From contig BTWA01000010.1 in NCBI GenBank assembly GCA_045863295.1, forward strand, positions 96,001-160,000: 64,000 nt of DNA. Direction: 5' to 3'. Origin of the DNA: Candidatus Hydrogenedentota bacterium (GTDB lineage: Bacteria; Hydrogenedentota; Hydrogenedentia; Hydrogenedentales; SLHB01). Numbering within the stretch: the stretch's first letter is position 1; each line of letters begins with the position of its first letter. A program made the position numbers and the translations under genes. Below the pieces are notes generated by a model. That model was not told where the DNA came from, did no database searches, and saw nothing but the letters and a program-made list of their open reading frames with translations. Positions 48,371 through 59,152 of the stretch are shown one piece after another.

Positions 48371-50557
48371 TCAGGTTTCGTTAAACACCGTGTTGAGCAT
48401 CTGGCCTTCCAGATCGGCCGGGGGGACTTCGCCTTCGAGCATCTCTTCTTCGGTTTCTTCCGAGGGCGGTGGCGGTGGCGGGTACGTGCCCGTGATGAAT
48501 GCTTCGCGTATCGTGCCGGCGTAGGCGGGGTATCGGCTGACCCGCTTCAATAGATCGACCTCATGAAACTCGACCCCCTTGGGCACGTCAAAATCCTTTT
48601 CCGGCATGCCTTGGTGAGCCACGGCCATAAATTCGCCCCAGATGGGGGCGGCCATTCGTCCGCCGGTGTAGTCCGCGCCTGAGCCGAGGGGTTTGTTGCT
48701 TCGATAGCCGATCCATACGACGCATGTGAATTGGGGCGTGAACCCGCAGAACCAGACGTCGCGTGCGTCGTTGGTTGTGCCGGTCTTTCCCGCACGGGGG
48801 CGTTTAAAGTAGGTTCCCGTGCGCGCGCCGGTGCCGCGCGTGGCTACACCTTCCAACATGTATGTAAGCACGAACGACACATTGGGCGGAATAACATCCG
48901 GTGTGAGTTCGGGGGACTTTTCGTAGATGGGAAACCCATCGCGATCGATGATGCGCGTAACAAAGATAGGCTCCGAAAAGGTGCCGTTCTTTGCCAGCGT
49001 AGAGTAGGAAACTGCTTGATCCATCACCGTCATGCCGGACGAACCCAGGGCGAGGCTCAGGCCGGCGTTGGTGTCCACGGGGGTACGTACGCCAATTTTT
49101 TCCATATACGAGCGCACGCTGGGTATGCCCACATCGGAGAGCAATTGTACGGCGACGGTGTTAATCGACTGCTCAAGCGCGTATCGTAAGGTGACCGGGC
49201 CGACAAAGGTGCCGTCGAAATTGCCCGGCGCATAGCCGTTGATATTGATTGCGTAATCGCTTTTATAATTGGCGGGAGTTGCGCCATCGGCGATGGCGGC
49301 GAGCCACACGTAGGGTTTGAAGCTGGAACCGGGCTGGCGCACGGCCTGCGTAACTGTGTTGTACTTTTCCGTGGCGAAGTCGCGACCACCCACGAGGGCG
49401 CGCACATATCCCTCGTAGCCTTTGCGGTTGTCAATGCAGATAAGCGCACCGGCCACCGGCTCGAATTCGTCCTGCTTGTTTTGTTTGGTCAGCCTCGCCA
49501 TCTTCTTTTCGTCAAATTCAGACAGTGCCTTTTCCATGATTTCTTCGGCGGCGCGCTGCAGGCGCATGTCGAGGGTCGTGCGGACTTCTAAACCCTGTTC
49601 GATCAGGTCGGTTTTGGTAATGATGCCTTGCTGCGCGAGCATTTGCCTCGCTTCTTCCACGAAGTACGGGGCTTTGAACTGATTCGGCCCCCAGTAGCCG
49701 TCGCCTTCCCGCATCATTGCCTCGCGGCTGTCCGGTTTCACCAGCGAATCCAAGACACTCGATGCCACGGCTTCATCGTGCTGCTGCTGCGTAATGAATC
49801 CGTTGGTCAGCATTTGTTGCAGCACGATGTTGCGCCGTTGTCCGGCGTTTTCCGGGTGCCGGTCCGGCCGGTTTTGGTTTGGCGATCGGGTCAGCCCCGC
49901 GAGCGTAGCGGCTTCGGCCAGCGTGACGTCGCGGCATGATTTGCCGAAGTATTGATAGGATGCGGCTTCCACGCCATACGCACTGCCGCCGAGGAAAATC
50001 ATGTTGAGGTAGAGCTCAAGTATTTCGTCTTTGGTGTATTCCCGTTCTAATTGAAGGGCGACAATAATTTCTTTTGCCTTGCGCGAGGGAGTGCGTTCGG
50101 TGGACACACCCGTCACTTCTTCGACGCCGCGCACAAGCTGCATGGTGATGGTGCTGGCGCCGCGCATCCGGCTTTTCTGCAGGTAATCGAGAAAGGCCTT
50201 GAACATGGATTCCGGGCGGACGCCTTTATGTTCGAAAAACCGGTCGTCTTCCGTGGCCACGAAGGCTTTTTGCACGTTCAGGGGGATTTCACCCAGTTTG
50301 ACGAGGCGGCGAACTTCGATGCTGTATTCGCCCAACGGCTCGCCTTTGGAATCGTAAAACCGGCTGCCCTCTTTCGGGCGATAGGTGTCCAGGGTTGTGA
50401 TCTGCGTCTGTGCGTCTTCCAATATGGACACAAACCCGCCGAGCACAGCACCCCATGCGCCGCCAAGGACCGCGATAAAGAAGAAAAAGACGATTCCGCA
50501 ACCGCGTCCGGATCCGCGCAGGAATGGGTTATGCCAAGTTCCTTGTTTTTCGCTCAC
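48371..50557 (-). CDS. class A penicillin-binding protein (PBP1A family)
   Basis: EDDRFFEHKG, GASTITMQ, RKAKE, LELYLN; SxxK (GSSFK), SIN, KTG. Confidence 0.95.
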   Translation of the reverse strand: MSEKQGTWHNPFLRGSGRGCGIVFFFFIAVLGGAWGAVLGGFVSILEDAQTQITTLDTYRPKEGSRFYDSKGEPLGEYSIEVRRLVKLGEIPLNVQKAFVATEDDRFFEHKGVRPESMFKAFLDYLQKSRMRGASTITMQLVRGVEEVTGVSTERTPSRKAKEIIVALQLEREYTKDEILELYLNMIFLGGSAYGVEAASYQYFGKSCRDVTLAEAATLAGLTRSPNQNRPDRHPENAGQRRNIVLQQMLTNGFITQQQHDEAVASSVLDSLVKPDSREAMMREGDGYWGPNQFKAPYFVEEARQMLAQQGIITKTDLIEQGLEVRTTLDMRLQRAAEEIMEKALSEFDEKKMARLTKQNKQDEFEPVAGALICIDNRKGYEGYVRALVGGRDFATEKYNTVTQAVRQPGSSFKPYVWLAAIADGATPANYKSDYAININGYAPGNFDGTFVGPVTLRYALEQSINTVAVQLLSDVGIPSVRSYMEKIGVRTPVDTNAGLSLALGSSGMTVMDQAVSYSTLAKNGTFSEPIFVTRIIDRDGFPIYEKSPELTPDVIPPNVSFVLTYMLEGVATRGTGARTGTYFKRPRAGKTGTTNDARDVWFCGFTPQFTCVVWIGYRSNKPLGSGADYTGGRMAAPIWGEFMAVAHQGMPEKDFDVPKGVEFHEVDLLKRVSRYPAYAGTIREAFITGTYPPPPPPSEETEEEMLEGEVPPADLEGQMLNTVFNET

Positions 50558-50710
50558 GTGATTGAATCCGTTGGGTATGACACAGAGCCTGTGGTGCTTC
50601 GGGCAGGTTGAAATGCAGAATGTCTTGCCGCCCGTGGGATATTATATCCGGAAATGGCCCCACGGGTTCCAGAGCGTGTGTTTCGAAATCGTTTCCACGG
50701 AATAACCAGG

Positions 50711-52174
50711 ATGAAAATGGCCGAAATGCCTCCACGAAGCGAGTCCAGCCTATCGGTTTCCAATCGGGCCTTCACGATACTCATCTACTTCGCAATGATT
50801 GTCATGGGGGCTGGCCTCTTCTTCCTGATCCAAACCGGGGGGGAGCGCCTGGAAGCGCCCTTTCCGGCACCACCGGGCCGCGATCAGGCCGCTGCCGGGC
50901 ACGACACCATCAACACCCTCATGAATGTATTGCTTGCGTTGGCCGTGATCATCGTCACGGCCCGCTCGTTGGGTTTGCTTTTCCGGTGGATTCACCAGCC
51001 ACCGGTTATTGGGGAGGTCATTGGCGGCATACTCCTGGGCCCGTCGTTTTTTGGGTATTTCGCACAGGATCTGCAATCCGTCGTGCTGCCTCTTTCCATC
51101 CAGCCGTTCCTGGGCGTGATAGCCCACCTTGGCGTGATTCTGTACATGTTTTTGGTCGGCATGGAAATGGATTTGAAGGTCATCGCGCGGAGCGGCCACA
51201 CGACACTTGCGATCTCGCATGCAAGCATCCTTCTTCCGTTCCTGCTGGGCGCGGGGCTTTCTCTAGGAGTCTATCCGCTGACGGCCACCGAAAATGTGAG
51301 CTTCACCATCTTCGCGCTTTTCATGGGCGTGTCGCTGTCCGTGACGGCGTTTCCCGTGCTGGCGCGCATCCTCACCGATCGCAAGATGAATAAGACCCGG
51401 ATTGGCGTGATTGCGCTGGCCTGTGCGGCGGTGGACGATGCCACTGCGTGGTGTCTGCTTGCGCTCGTGGTGAGCATTGCGCAGGCCGATATGACGAGCG
51501 CGGCATTCACGGCGGTCATGACGCTGGTCTATGTCGTATTCGTGCTGGTGTGCGTTGCGCCGCTGATGCGTCGCATTATTCCACTCTTGGAGCGGTCGCG
51601 CGAATTGACGCAATCCGGCATGGCCGTCATCTTCGTGGCGATGCTGCTGTCGGCCATGGCCACGGAATTTATCGGGATTCACGCGATATTTGGCGCATTC
51701 CTGCTGGGCGCGGTGATTCCCGGACAAAGCCGCGTGGCGCATGAGTTGAAGCACCGGCTCGACGACGTGGTGGCGGTGCTCTTTCTGCCTGTCTTCTTTG
51801 CATTCACGGGGATGCGCACGCAGATCGGGCTTATTAGCGGCTGGGAAAATTGGGCATTGTGCGGCGTCATCATTCTGGTCGCGTGCGTCGGCAAGTTTGG
51901 CGGAACGTATGTAGCCGCACGGTTGGGCGGGCTGAACAATCGCGATGCTTCGGCCCTCGGCATACTCATGAACACGCGCGGGTTGGTTGAGTTGATCGTG
52001 CTGAACATCGGCCTTGATCTCGGCATCATTTCGCCGGCCCTTTTTGCCATGCTGGTGCTGATGGCGCTGGTCACGACGTTCATGACCACACCCATACTGC
52101 ACATATTGCTCAGAACCCATCCAAGGATGCCCGAGGATGCCGCGGACATCGACGGCGTGACGCCCGAGGGTTAA
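50711..52174 (+). CDS. CPA2 cation:proton antiporter
   Basis: QPPVIGE, TAFPVLARIL, AAVDD, FFAFTG, MNTRGLVELI. Confidence 0.92.
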   Translation: MKMAEMPPRSESSLSVSNRAFTILIYFAMIVMGAGLFFLIQTGGERLEAPFPAPPGRDQAAAGHDTINTLMNVLLALAVIIVTARSLGLLFRWIHQPPVIGEVIGGILLGPSFFGYFAQDLQSVVLPLSIQPFLGVIAHLGVILYMFLVGMEMDLKVIARSGHTTLAISHASILLPFLLGAGLSLGVYPLTATENVSFTIFALFMGVSLSVTAFPVLARILTDRKMNKTRIGVIALACAAVDDATAWCLLALVVSIAQADMTSAAFTAVMTLVYVVFVLVCVAPLMRRIIPLLERSRELTQSGMAVIFVAMLLSAMATEFIGIHAIFGAFLLGAVIPGQSRVAHELKHRLDDVVAVLFLPVFFAFTGMRTQIGLISGWENWALCGVIILVACVGKFGGTYVAARLGGLNNRDASALGILMNTRGLVELIVLNIGLDLGIISPALFAMLVLMALVTTFMTTPILHILLRTHPRMPEDAADIDGVTPEG

Positions 52175-52575
52175 CTCTCGCGAGTTCGATCCGCGATCGG
52201 CGGTTCCGGTTTAGTGCGGCGCCCCCAGAAATAACAGAGCACGCTTTGGGCGAGCGCGCCGCCGGCGAAATTGGCCACGATGTCGCCGAGGTCAAACTCC
52301 CGATTGGGCACGAATAGCTGGTGGATTTCGTCCACGGTGCCGTATGCGAGGGCGAAAAACATGGGGCCAAAACACAGCGCCCACTCGCTCCACCCCCTCC
52401 GTGATCGGCGCATGCCCAGAGATACCAGGGTGGCCAGGACGGCGTATTCGACCATGTGAATGACTTTGTCGAGTCCTTCGAGGGGCAATTCCGCGGGCGA
52501 CAAATCGGGATTGGCCGAGGCTATCCATATGACGGTGCAATAGAGGGCCGTGGCGACGGCATAGTATGGATTCAC
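52171..52575 (-). CDS. VanZ-family protein
   Basis: DKVIH..EY, YGTVDEIHQLFVPNR, DIVAN. Confidence 0.9.
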   Translation of the reverse strand: MNPYYAVATALYCTVIWIASANPDLSPAELPLEGLDKVIHMVEYAVLATLVSLGMRRSRRGWSEWALCFGPMFFALAYGTVDEIHQLFVPNREFDLGDIVANFAGGALAQSVLCYFWGRRTKPEPPIADRTRES

Positions 52576-52582
52576 GCGGCGG

Positions 52583-54049
52583 TTACCTGATGATTTCGCT
52601 GTTGATGCGGACCGTTGCGCCTAGTTCGTCCACGGTAAACCAATGGCGCCACCCTGCCACCGCGATGCCGTTGCACACGTACATGTCCACAGGAATATTG
52701 TTTGGCATGACGCCGGGAACGCCGACCATCCACTTGCGGATGTTGGATACGTAAACGCGGTTAATGGCGGCGGTGTCGCGGCGAAGGCTGCCGTCGGGCG
52801 CCATGATGTACATAAACGTCGTTCCCCCTCCGCCGGACAACATATCCGCGAACAGCAAGTATGAATCCATGGCTTCGCGTTGTTCGATTTCGAAGAGTTC
52901 CCCTGCCATGGCAAAGGTGCGCACAGAATCCATTATCCAGAGGTAGCCAATAGCCGGAAGAAACGACTCCGGGTTTTGGTGATAGGTGGCCGGAGCGATC
53001 ATATCGTAACGGCGCAGGTAGCGCTCCTTTTGCCGTCCCGCGCGGTAGAGAATGATATTTCTCCGGAGCACCAATTCGGGGCGGCGGGCAAATTGGACCA
53101 CTTGGATGGCGGTGAAGATACGTTGTGCCGCCGACACGGCGAATTCCGGGGCATTGGCCAGTCCCAGCCGCTCGTAAAACTCAAGCGGGTTGACCCGCAC
53201 GCTCAAGGGGGTGGGGTCGATGAAGATGGTCTGGAAGGGCGTGACCAGTTGGCCCAGGTTGATCCGGGCGGTACCTGTCACCACGAATGCGCCGATGTTG
53301 TGCAGTTCTTTTGGAATCGCGCCGGTAATCTGGTTGAGGATGGCGATTTGCTGCGCGTTGAGGACGCCGGGGTCGAACAGGAATATGCCGTGGGTTTCCC
53401 AGAAGGCGCGGAATGCGCCCTGTAGTCCCATGATTCTGGAAACCAGCAGGATGTTTGACGTAGAGGGCACGGCATATGCGCGCATGGTGAGCCCGAACTG
53501 CATGTACGCATGAAGCGATTTTGAATCGTTCTGCAGGCCCAACGAGGCGGCGCCGTATTCTCCCAGGGTCTCCGCAACGTATTTCAGGACCTTTGTACGA
53601 CCGTCCACCCCCAATCCGTCCGCCAGCGAGTGCAGCAAGTCCAAGCCTCGTCCGAAAGTGGCTTCCGATCCCTTGGGTTCTTTTTCGGAAGGCAATCCCT
53701 TCTTGAAGGCATGTGCCGCGAACATCCCTGCGACGAGCGCGGCACGCCGTTGGGCATCTCCTTGTGTATTCTGAATCGCCACGCCCCATAAAGCCACGTG
53801 CGCCGGGGAGCAACTCCCGGTGTCAAAATGCGTCTTGACCAGGCTGTACCAGTCCGACTCAGTGATGGTGGAATCCGCGAGCGCCTTGACGATTTCCGCG
53901 GCGGCGGCCTTATTTTCGCCGTCATTCAGCGTGAGAAAGGCTGCAAGCACCTTTTCCTTCACGTCCGCGGGCGGTTGTGCCGCGGCGAACTGCGCCGAGA
54001 CAAAGGCCATTGCGGCCAGAGCCAGAAGATTTCGTATCATGCCGGTCAT
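52583..54049 (-). CDS. secreted hypothetical protein
   Basis: Signal peptide ending AAA-Q; long ORF co-oriented with VanZ; no motif recognised. Confidence 0.65.
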   Translation of the reverse strand: MTGMIRNLLALAAMAFVSAQFAAAQPPADVKEKVLAAFLTLNDGENKAAAAEIVKALADSTITESDWYSLVKTHFDTGSCSPAHVALWGVAIQNTQGDAQRRAALVAGMFAAHAFKKGLPSEKEPKGSEATFGRGLDLLHSLADGLGVDGRTKVLKYVAETLGEYGAASLGLQNDSKSLHAYMQFGLTMRAYAVPSTSNILLVSRIMGLQGAFRAFWETHGIFLFDPGVLNAQQIAILNQITGAIPKELHNIGAFVVTGTARINLGQLVTPFQTIFIDPTPLSVRVNPLEFYERLGLANAPEFAVSAAQRIFTAIQVVQFARRPELVLRRNIILYRAGRQKERYLRRYDMIAPATYHQNPESFLPAIGYLWIMDSVRTFAMAGELFEIEQREAMDSYLLFADMLSGGGGTTFMYIMAPDGSLRRDTAAINRVYVSNIRKWMVGVPGVMPNNIPVDMYVCNGIAVAGWRHWFTVDELGATVRINSEIIR

Positions 54050-54088
54050 CCTCGCATCCCCAACGGATATTATGGCTGGAGATTGTGA

Positions 54089-54766
54089 ATGCCGCAAACG
54101 CATGAATTCACGGAGCCGGGTCCATCCCAAACCGGTTGGCGCAAGCGATTCGCCTGTTGGATTTCCGGATTGACTATCTATGGTGCGCTTGCCGTCAGCC
54201 TGGGCTGGTACTACACGTTCACGTACTACGGCAAGACCGGGATTCCCATGCCCCACCCGGAATCGTGCGCGTCAATCCTGCTTTATTACTTTTCCGTATT
54301 AAACGTTGAAACGGAAATTCAGGCGCTGCATTGGATTGTTGTATTTCCGGTCTCCGGCGGTATTTGGGCGTGGGCGCTGAGGCTGGTTGCCCGCCGCCAG
54401 GGTATTGCCGGCCCGGCGATGCCGCTCGTGTATTTCTGTATGGCTTGCGCCTGTATTCCCATGATTCTCCCGACCCCTTTTATGGCCTTTCTAGCGGGAC
54501 TTGACGGCGGGAGCTTTTCGGCGGACCGCATGCTGCGCGTTGCGCTCAGGCGCGGCAATCGGGCGCCGGATGCCTGGTTGACACCGTTGTATCTCTCGCT
54601 GGGGGCCGTATCGTTCGCTGTTCAATGCATGTTTATGCGCCGGATGTATCCACAGCGATTTTGGAGCGCCGTGCGGCATTATTTCGTGGCCGCGATTGTT
54701 CTGCTTGTTGCCTGCATGGCGATTGGGCTTGCGGCATCGTACCCGCTACGGTACTGGCTTGAATGA
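54089..54766 (+). CDS. integral membrane hypothetical protein
   Basis: About 5 hydrophobic helices. Confidence 0.6.
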   Translation: MPQTHEFTEPGPSQTGWRKRFACWISGLTIYGALAVSLGWYYTFTYYGKTGIPMPHPESCASILLYYFSVLNVETEIQALHWIVVFPVSGGIWAWALRLVARRQGIAGPAMPLVYFCMACACIPMILPTPFMAFLAGLDGGSFSADRMLRVALRRGNRAPDAWLTPLYLSLGAVSFAVQCMFMRRMYPQRFWSAVRHYFVAAIVLLVACMAIGLAASYPLRYWLE

Positions 54767-54835
54767 GTACAGAGGTTTTATTGACGGCGCGCGGTCCATT
54801 AGAATAGCGGATTCCCTGAACCTTTGGAGACAGGT

Positions 54836-55435
54836 ATGGGTGCGATTGTACGCGCGTGGCGGAATTTTGTTCATGCGCGCAAATTTGCCAGGGTTGGAAA
54901 CGGCTGCCGGTTTGTCGGAAAGAACATTTCCGTGGACGGACATGTGGAACTGGGCCACTACACACGCCTGCGCGAGAATATCCTGTTGAGCAGTTACAAG
55001 GGCGGCAAGATCGTGATTGGCAGCCGCTGTCTGATCAGCAACAACGTCATCATCGAAGCGGGCCAATTGGTGGAAATCGGGGATGGCGCGGGTATTGCCG
55101 AGAATGCCGTAATCCGAGACGGCAATCACCTGATTTATGGCACGGATGCGAACTGGCGATACACGCCGTATATCTACAAGCCCGTGATTATCGGGCCGGA
55201 CGCGTGGATAGGGAGCGGGGCCTATGTTTCGCTCGGCGTGACCATTGGTCAGGGTGCGGTGTTGGGCGCGAATTCCGTGGCCACCAAAGACATTCCGGCG
55301 TTCGAGGTCTGGGGCGGAGTTCCCGCGCGCTTCATCCGGCATCGATTGAAGGATTTGCCGCCGGCGCTGGAGGCGGAAGCGAAGAAGCTGCTGGAAGAAC
55401 AACCCATCCGAACGGACCGGCGCGAGTGGCAGTAA
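54836..55435 (+). CDS. hexapeptide-repeat O-acyltransferase
   Basis: PVIIGPDAWIG, GVTIGQGAVLGANSVATKDIP, GGVPAR. Confidence 0.9.
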   Translation: MGAIVRAWRNFVHARKFARVGNGCRFVGKNISVDGHVELGHYTRLRENILLSSYKGGKIVIGSRCLISNNVIIEAGQLVEIGDGAGIAENAVIRDGNHLIYGTDANWRYTPYIYKPVIIGPDAWIGSGAYVSLGVTIGQGAVLGANSVATKDIPAFEVWGGVPARFIRHRLKDLPPALEAEAKKLLEEQPIRTDRREWQ

Positions 55436-55462
55436 CCGAATAACGAATGAAAGCGAATCTCA

Positions 55463-56137
55463 GTGGGTACGGACGCAACCATTTTTCTTGTAGTTCTGAT
55501 TGTCTGGATCTTCACGCTTTGCCTGCATGAGTTTTCGCATGCGGCGGTGGCCTACCTAGGTGGCGACCATACCGTGAAGGAGAAGGGTTACCTGTCGTTC
55601 AATCCACTGGCGTACGCGAATCCCATGCTGAGCATTGTGCTGCCGGTGGTGTTTCTGATCATGGGCGGCCTCGCGCTTCCCGGCGGCTGTGTTTATATTG
55701 ACCGTTCGCTACTTCGGAGTAAGTGGTGGGACAGCCTGGTGTCGGCGGCGGGCCCGGCCTCGAACTTCGTCTTCGCCGTTCTGCTTTCGCTGCCTTTCAC
55801 CCTGGGTCTGGTGGACCCGGATCCGACGGTGCCTCTGTGGAATGCCTACGCGGTAATCATTTTCATTGAGCTAATCGCGGTCTTCTTTAACCTTTTGCCG
55901 ATACCACCGCTGGACGGTTTCGGCATCATCGCGCCATTTTTACCAGAGCCCCTGCGGGACCGGCTCTATTCTTTCGGCAATATTATGTTTTTCCTTTTCC
56001 TGATCGCATGGATTTCCGTGCCTGGATTGAGCGCGGTTGTTCTCATTCCTGTCCTTATCTTTCTAGCCATTTTCCGCGTGCCGCTGGATCTGGTGGAGCA
56101 GGGGTATGCGGCCTTGCGCATTTTTCAGCCCAATTGA
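55463..56137 (+). CDS. site-2 protease (M50 family)
   Basis: HEFSH, AAGPASN, NLLPIPPLDG. Confidence 0.93.
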   Translation: MGTDATIFLVVLIVWIFTLCLHEFSHAAVAYLGGDHTVKEKGYLSFNPLAYANPMLSIVLPVVFLIMGGLALPGGCVYIDRSLLRSKWWDSLVSAAGPASNFVFAVLLSLPFTLGLVDPDPTVPLWNAYAVIIFIELIAVFFNLLPIPPLDGFGIIAPFLPEPLRDRLYSFGNIMFFLFLIAWISVPGLSAVVLIPVLIFLAIFRVPLDLVEQGYAALRIFQPN

Positions 56138-56148
56138 CTTCGGACACC

Positions 56149-56868
56149 ATGGCCATCAAAGCAATTACGTTTGACTTCTGGTCCACGCTGTTTCGCGACA
56201 CCGACACCATCGGAGCGCGACGAAAACTGCGTGTGGATGCGTTCGTCGAGGCTACCGGTGTTTCGTGCGAATTGGCAGAAGAAGCCCATCAAGTCACGGC
56301 CCGGGCTTTTCTCAAGCATCACATCGAACGGCAGCAGACCCTGGGACCGATGGATTGTGTTCGCATGATGGCGGACCATTGCGGTGTGACTATTGACGCA
56401 GGCACCGCGGAGCGACTGGCCGACGTCGTGGCCCATGCCATACTGGCATTTCCTCCCGTGCCCATTGAAGGCGCGCTGGAGGCCGTGCGGGCGGCCGCCG
56501 CGGTAGCGCCCGTTGCCTTGATATCCGACACCGGCCACAGCCCCGGCAGTGCCTTGGCGCGGATCATGGAAGCCGAGGGTTTCCGGTCCTACTTCCGGAC
56601 GTTGGTGTTTTCGGATGAGGTCGGCGTTTCCAAACCGCAAGCGCCCATGTTTTATGCCGCTGCGCAAGCGCTTGGCGTATTGCCTTCCGAGCTGTTGCAT
56701 ATCGGCGATTTGGAGCCGACTGACATTGCCGGAGCGCACGGCGTCGGCGCGAAGGCGGCATTGTTCAGCGGATTCAACGATCGGTTCGCCGGGAACCACA
56801 CGGCGCACTTTCATTTTGCATCGTGGGGCGAATTTGTAGACGCGTTGCCGGGGATCGTACACGGGTGA
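56149..56868 (+). CDS. HAD-family hydrolase
   Basis: FDFWSTL, ISD, SKP, HIGDLEPTDIAGA. Confidence 0.9.
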   Translation: MAIKAITFDFWSTLFRDTDTIGARRKLRVDAFVEATGVSCELAEEAHQVTARAFLKHHIERQQTLGPMDCVRMMADHCGVTIDAGTAERLADVVAHAILAFPPVPIEGALEAVRAAAAVAPVALISDTGHSPGSALARIMEAEGFRSYFRTLVFSDEVGVSKPQAPMFYAAAQALGVLPSELLHIGDLEPTDIAGAHGVGAKAALFSGFNDRFAGNHTAHFHFASWGEFVDALPGIVHG

Positions 56869-56895
56869 CGGGCGTCCACAACGGTCGATTATGGG

Positions 56896-59043
56896 TTACA
56901 GGTTTCCCATACACGCGATGCAGATTCGGATTTCACCGTAGCTGACTTCCTCGCCCAAGGCGTCATAAATCGGACGCAATCGCCGTTCTTCCATCACCGA
57001 GGCCGCCTCGCGCACGCGATCGAATACGGACTGCGCCACCCATCGCGTAGGATCCGTAATACCCCGCTCTTCGATGTATTGCTCCAGGTAGCCGGACACG
57101 GTCGACGGCTTGCGCTCAATTTGTTCGGAAACATCCTCGATGGAGTAGCCCTTGTCGAACAGGTCAAATGCCTGTTCCAGGCGGTCATGGCGCGCGCCGG
57201 TCTTTGGGCGTGTGGACTGAATTTCGGCCTCGTCCGACGATATACCCACGTACTCGCAGATGGCATGCAGAAACGCTGTTCCGTGGGTCTTGGCCTTTGC
57301 CTGACCCACACCGTGGACATCCAGAAATGCGATTCTTGTGACAGGTTTTTTTCGGGCCATGTCCTGCAACGCGGCATCGCTGAATACGACAAACGGCGGC
57401 ACGCGCATTCGATCGGCGGTTTCTTTTCGGAGCAGGCGGAGGCGTTCAAACAGGGCGGTATCGTAGGGAGCCTCTTCGTGCGCCGAATCGCGGACCGTGC
57501 GTTTAAGCCGTTTTGCGGCGGACTTCGTCAGGCGGGGAGGTGCGCTTTCCGTCATTTCCACGCGGCCTTGCCGGGTGAACCGCAGCAGATGGTATTCGCC
57601 GTGCTTCTCCAGGTATCCCTGAGCCACCAGCTGTTCAATCCAGTCGCGAATCTCCCTCTGGTGATATGACGCCAGTGCCCCGTGGCTGGGCAATTGGTCG
57701 TGTCCCTTCGCAATCACACGATCCTCGCGAGAACCAGAGAGAACCAACGAGGTATAGCTGGGACCTGCGTACTCGCCGATGTCTGAAACCGCGCCGAGGA
57801 TCGCTTTTGTGATCTCGGCGGCCTCCGCGATGTTTTCGGATTCGTCGAGGCAGATGTCGCATGCGCCGCATCCGGACGCCGCATAGGGTTCGCCGAAGTA
57901 CTGCACCAAGGCTTTGTGGCGGCATTGCTTCGATTGGCAAAAGCGATAGGTTGCGTTGAGCTTGGCCAGCATTGCGCGGGCGGCTTCCGCATCGTCCACT
58001 TTTTCAATGAGGCTTTTCCAGATGCCGTAGTCTCCGCCGGAATAAAACAGGCAACATTCCGCGTGGAGTCCGTCACGGCCCGCGCGGCCGCTTTCCTGTT
58101 GATAGTGCTCAATGGTCTTCGGCATGCCCATGTGAACGACGTAGCGTACATTGGACTTGTCAATTCCCATGCCGAATGCCACCGTGGCCACGACGATATC
58201 GACCTGTTCGCGGATAAAGGCCTCCTGGTTCATTTTGCGATCGGTGTCCGTCATGCCCGCGTGGTACGGCAAGGCGCGATGACCTACGGCGCGCAGTTTG
58301 TCGCAGACCGATTCCACGTCCTTCCGGCGAATGCAGTAGACGATGCCCGACTCACCGGGATGCCGTGCAATGACCTCGCGCAACTGCCCAAATCCGTCCG
58401 TGCGCTGTTGAACGCGATACACGAGGTTTGGGCGATCGAAGGAGCCGATGTGAATTTCGGGATTGCGGAGGCGCAATGCCTGCACGATGTCCTGCCGTAC
58501 CTGATCGGTCGCGGTGGCCGTGTAGGCGTGCAGCGCGGCTCGCGGAAAGGCGTCTCGCAGACACGAGAGTTCGCGGTATTCAGGCCGGAAATCGTGTCCC
58601 CACTGGCTGATGCAATGCGCTTCATCCACTACAAAACAGGATGGGTCCATATTTTTGAGGTAGGCGATAAACGAAGGCTGCACGATGCGTTCGGGAGACA
58701 CATAGACCAGGGTTACTTCGCGCGATTGGATGCGTTGGTGAACGTTGCGCTTCTCGGCGGCGCTGAGGCTGCTGTTGATGCATGCCGCGCCGACGCCGTT
58801 GGCGTTAAGCGCGTCCACTTGATCTTTCATCAACGAAATGAGCGGGGATACGACGACGGCGATTCCGTCGCGGGCGATGGCCGGAGCTTGGAAACAGAGG
58901 GACTTGCCGCCGCCCGTGGGCAGGATGATCAGCGAATCGCGATCGGACAAGACACAGGACATGGCTTCCAGTTGAAGCGGCCTGAACTGGTCATATCCCC
59001 AATATTTTTTAAGTATGGGAAGCAAGGTTTGTTGTGCGAGCAT
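56896..59043 (-). CDS. recQ: ATP-dependent DNA helicase RecQ
   Basis: [35 protein letters not shown] Cys residues, HRDC. The start is inferred (MLAQQ). Confidence 0.97.
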   Translation of the reverse strand: MLAQQTLLPILKKYWGYDQFRPLQLEAMSCVLSDRDSLIILPTGGGKSLCFQAPAIARDGIAVVVSPLISLMKDQVDALNANGVGAACINSSLSAAEKRNVHQRIQSREVTLVYVSPERIVQPSFIAYLKNMDPSCFVVDEAHCISQWGHDFRPEYRELSCLRDAFPRAALHAYTATATDQVRQDIVQALRLRNPEIHIGSFDRPNLVYRVQQRTDGFGQLREVIARHPGESGIVYCIRRKDVESVCDKLRAVGHRALPYHAGMTDTDRKMNQEAFIREQVDIVVATVAFGMGIDKSNVRYVVHMGMPKTIEHYQQESGRAGRDGLHAECCLFYSGGDYGIWKSLIEKVDDAEAARAMLAKLNATYRFCQSKQCRHKALVQYFGEPYAASGCGACDICLDESENIAEAAEITKAILGAVSDIGEYAGPSYTSLVLSGSREDRVIAKGHDQLPSHGALASYHQREIRDWIEQLVAQGYLEKHGEYHLLRFTRQGRVEMTESAPPRLTKSAAKRLKRTVRDSAHEEAPYDTALFERLRLLRKETADRMRVPPFVVFSDAALQDMARKKPVTRIAFLDVHGVGQAKAKTHGTAFLHAICEYVGISSDEAEIQSTRPKTGARHDRLEQAFDLFDKGYSIEDVSEQIERKPSTVSGYLEQYIEERGITDPTRWVAQSVFDRVREAASVMEERRLRPIYDALGEEVSYGEIRICIACMGNL

Positions 59044-59152
59044 GGCTGGATTATACAGGATTGTAGCCGGCATTGAAGCGAATTGGGTGACGGCGCGGAC
59101 ATCTGCTAACGTATATCCAATCAAGGCGGATATTGCAACGGAGGGCCGATCC

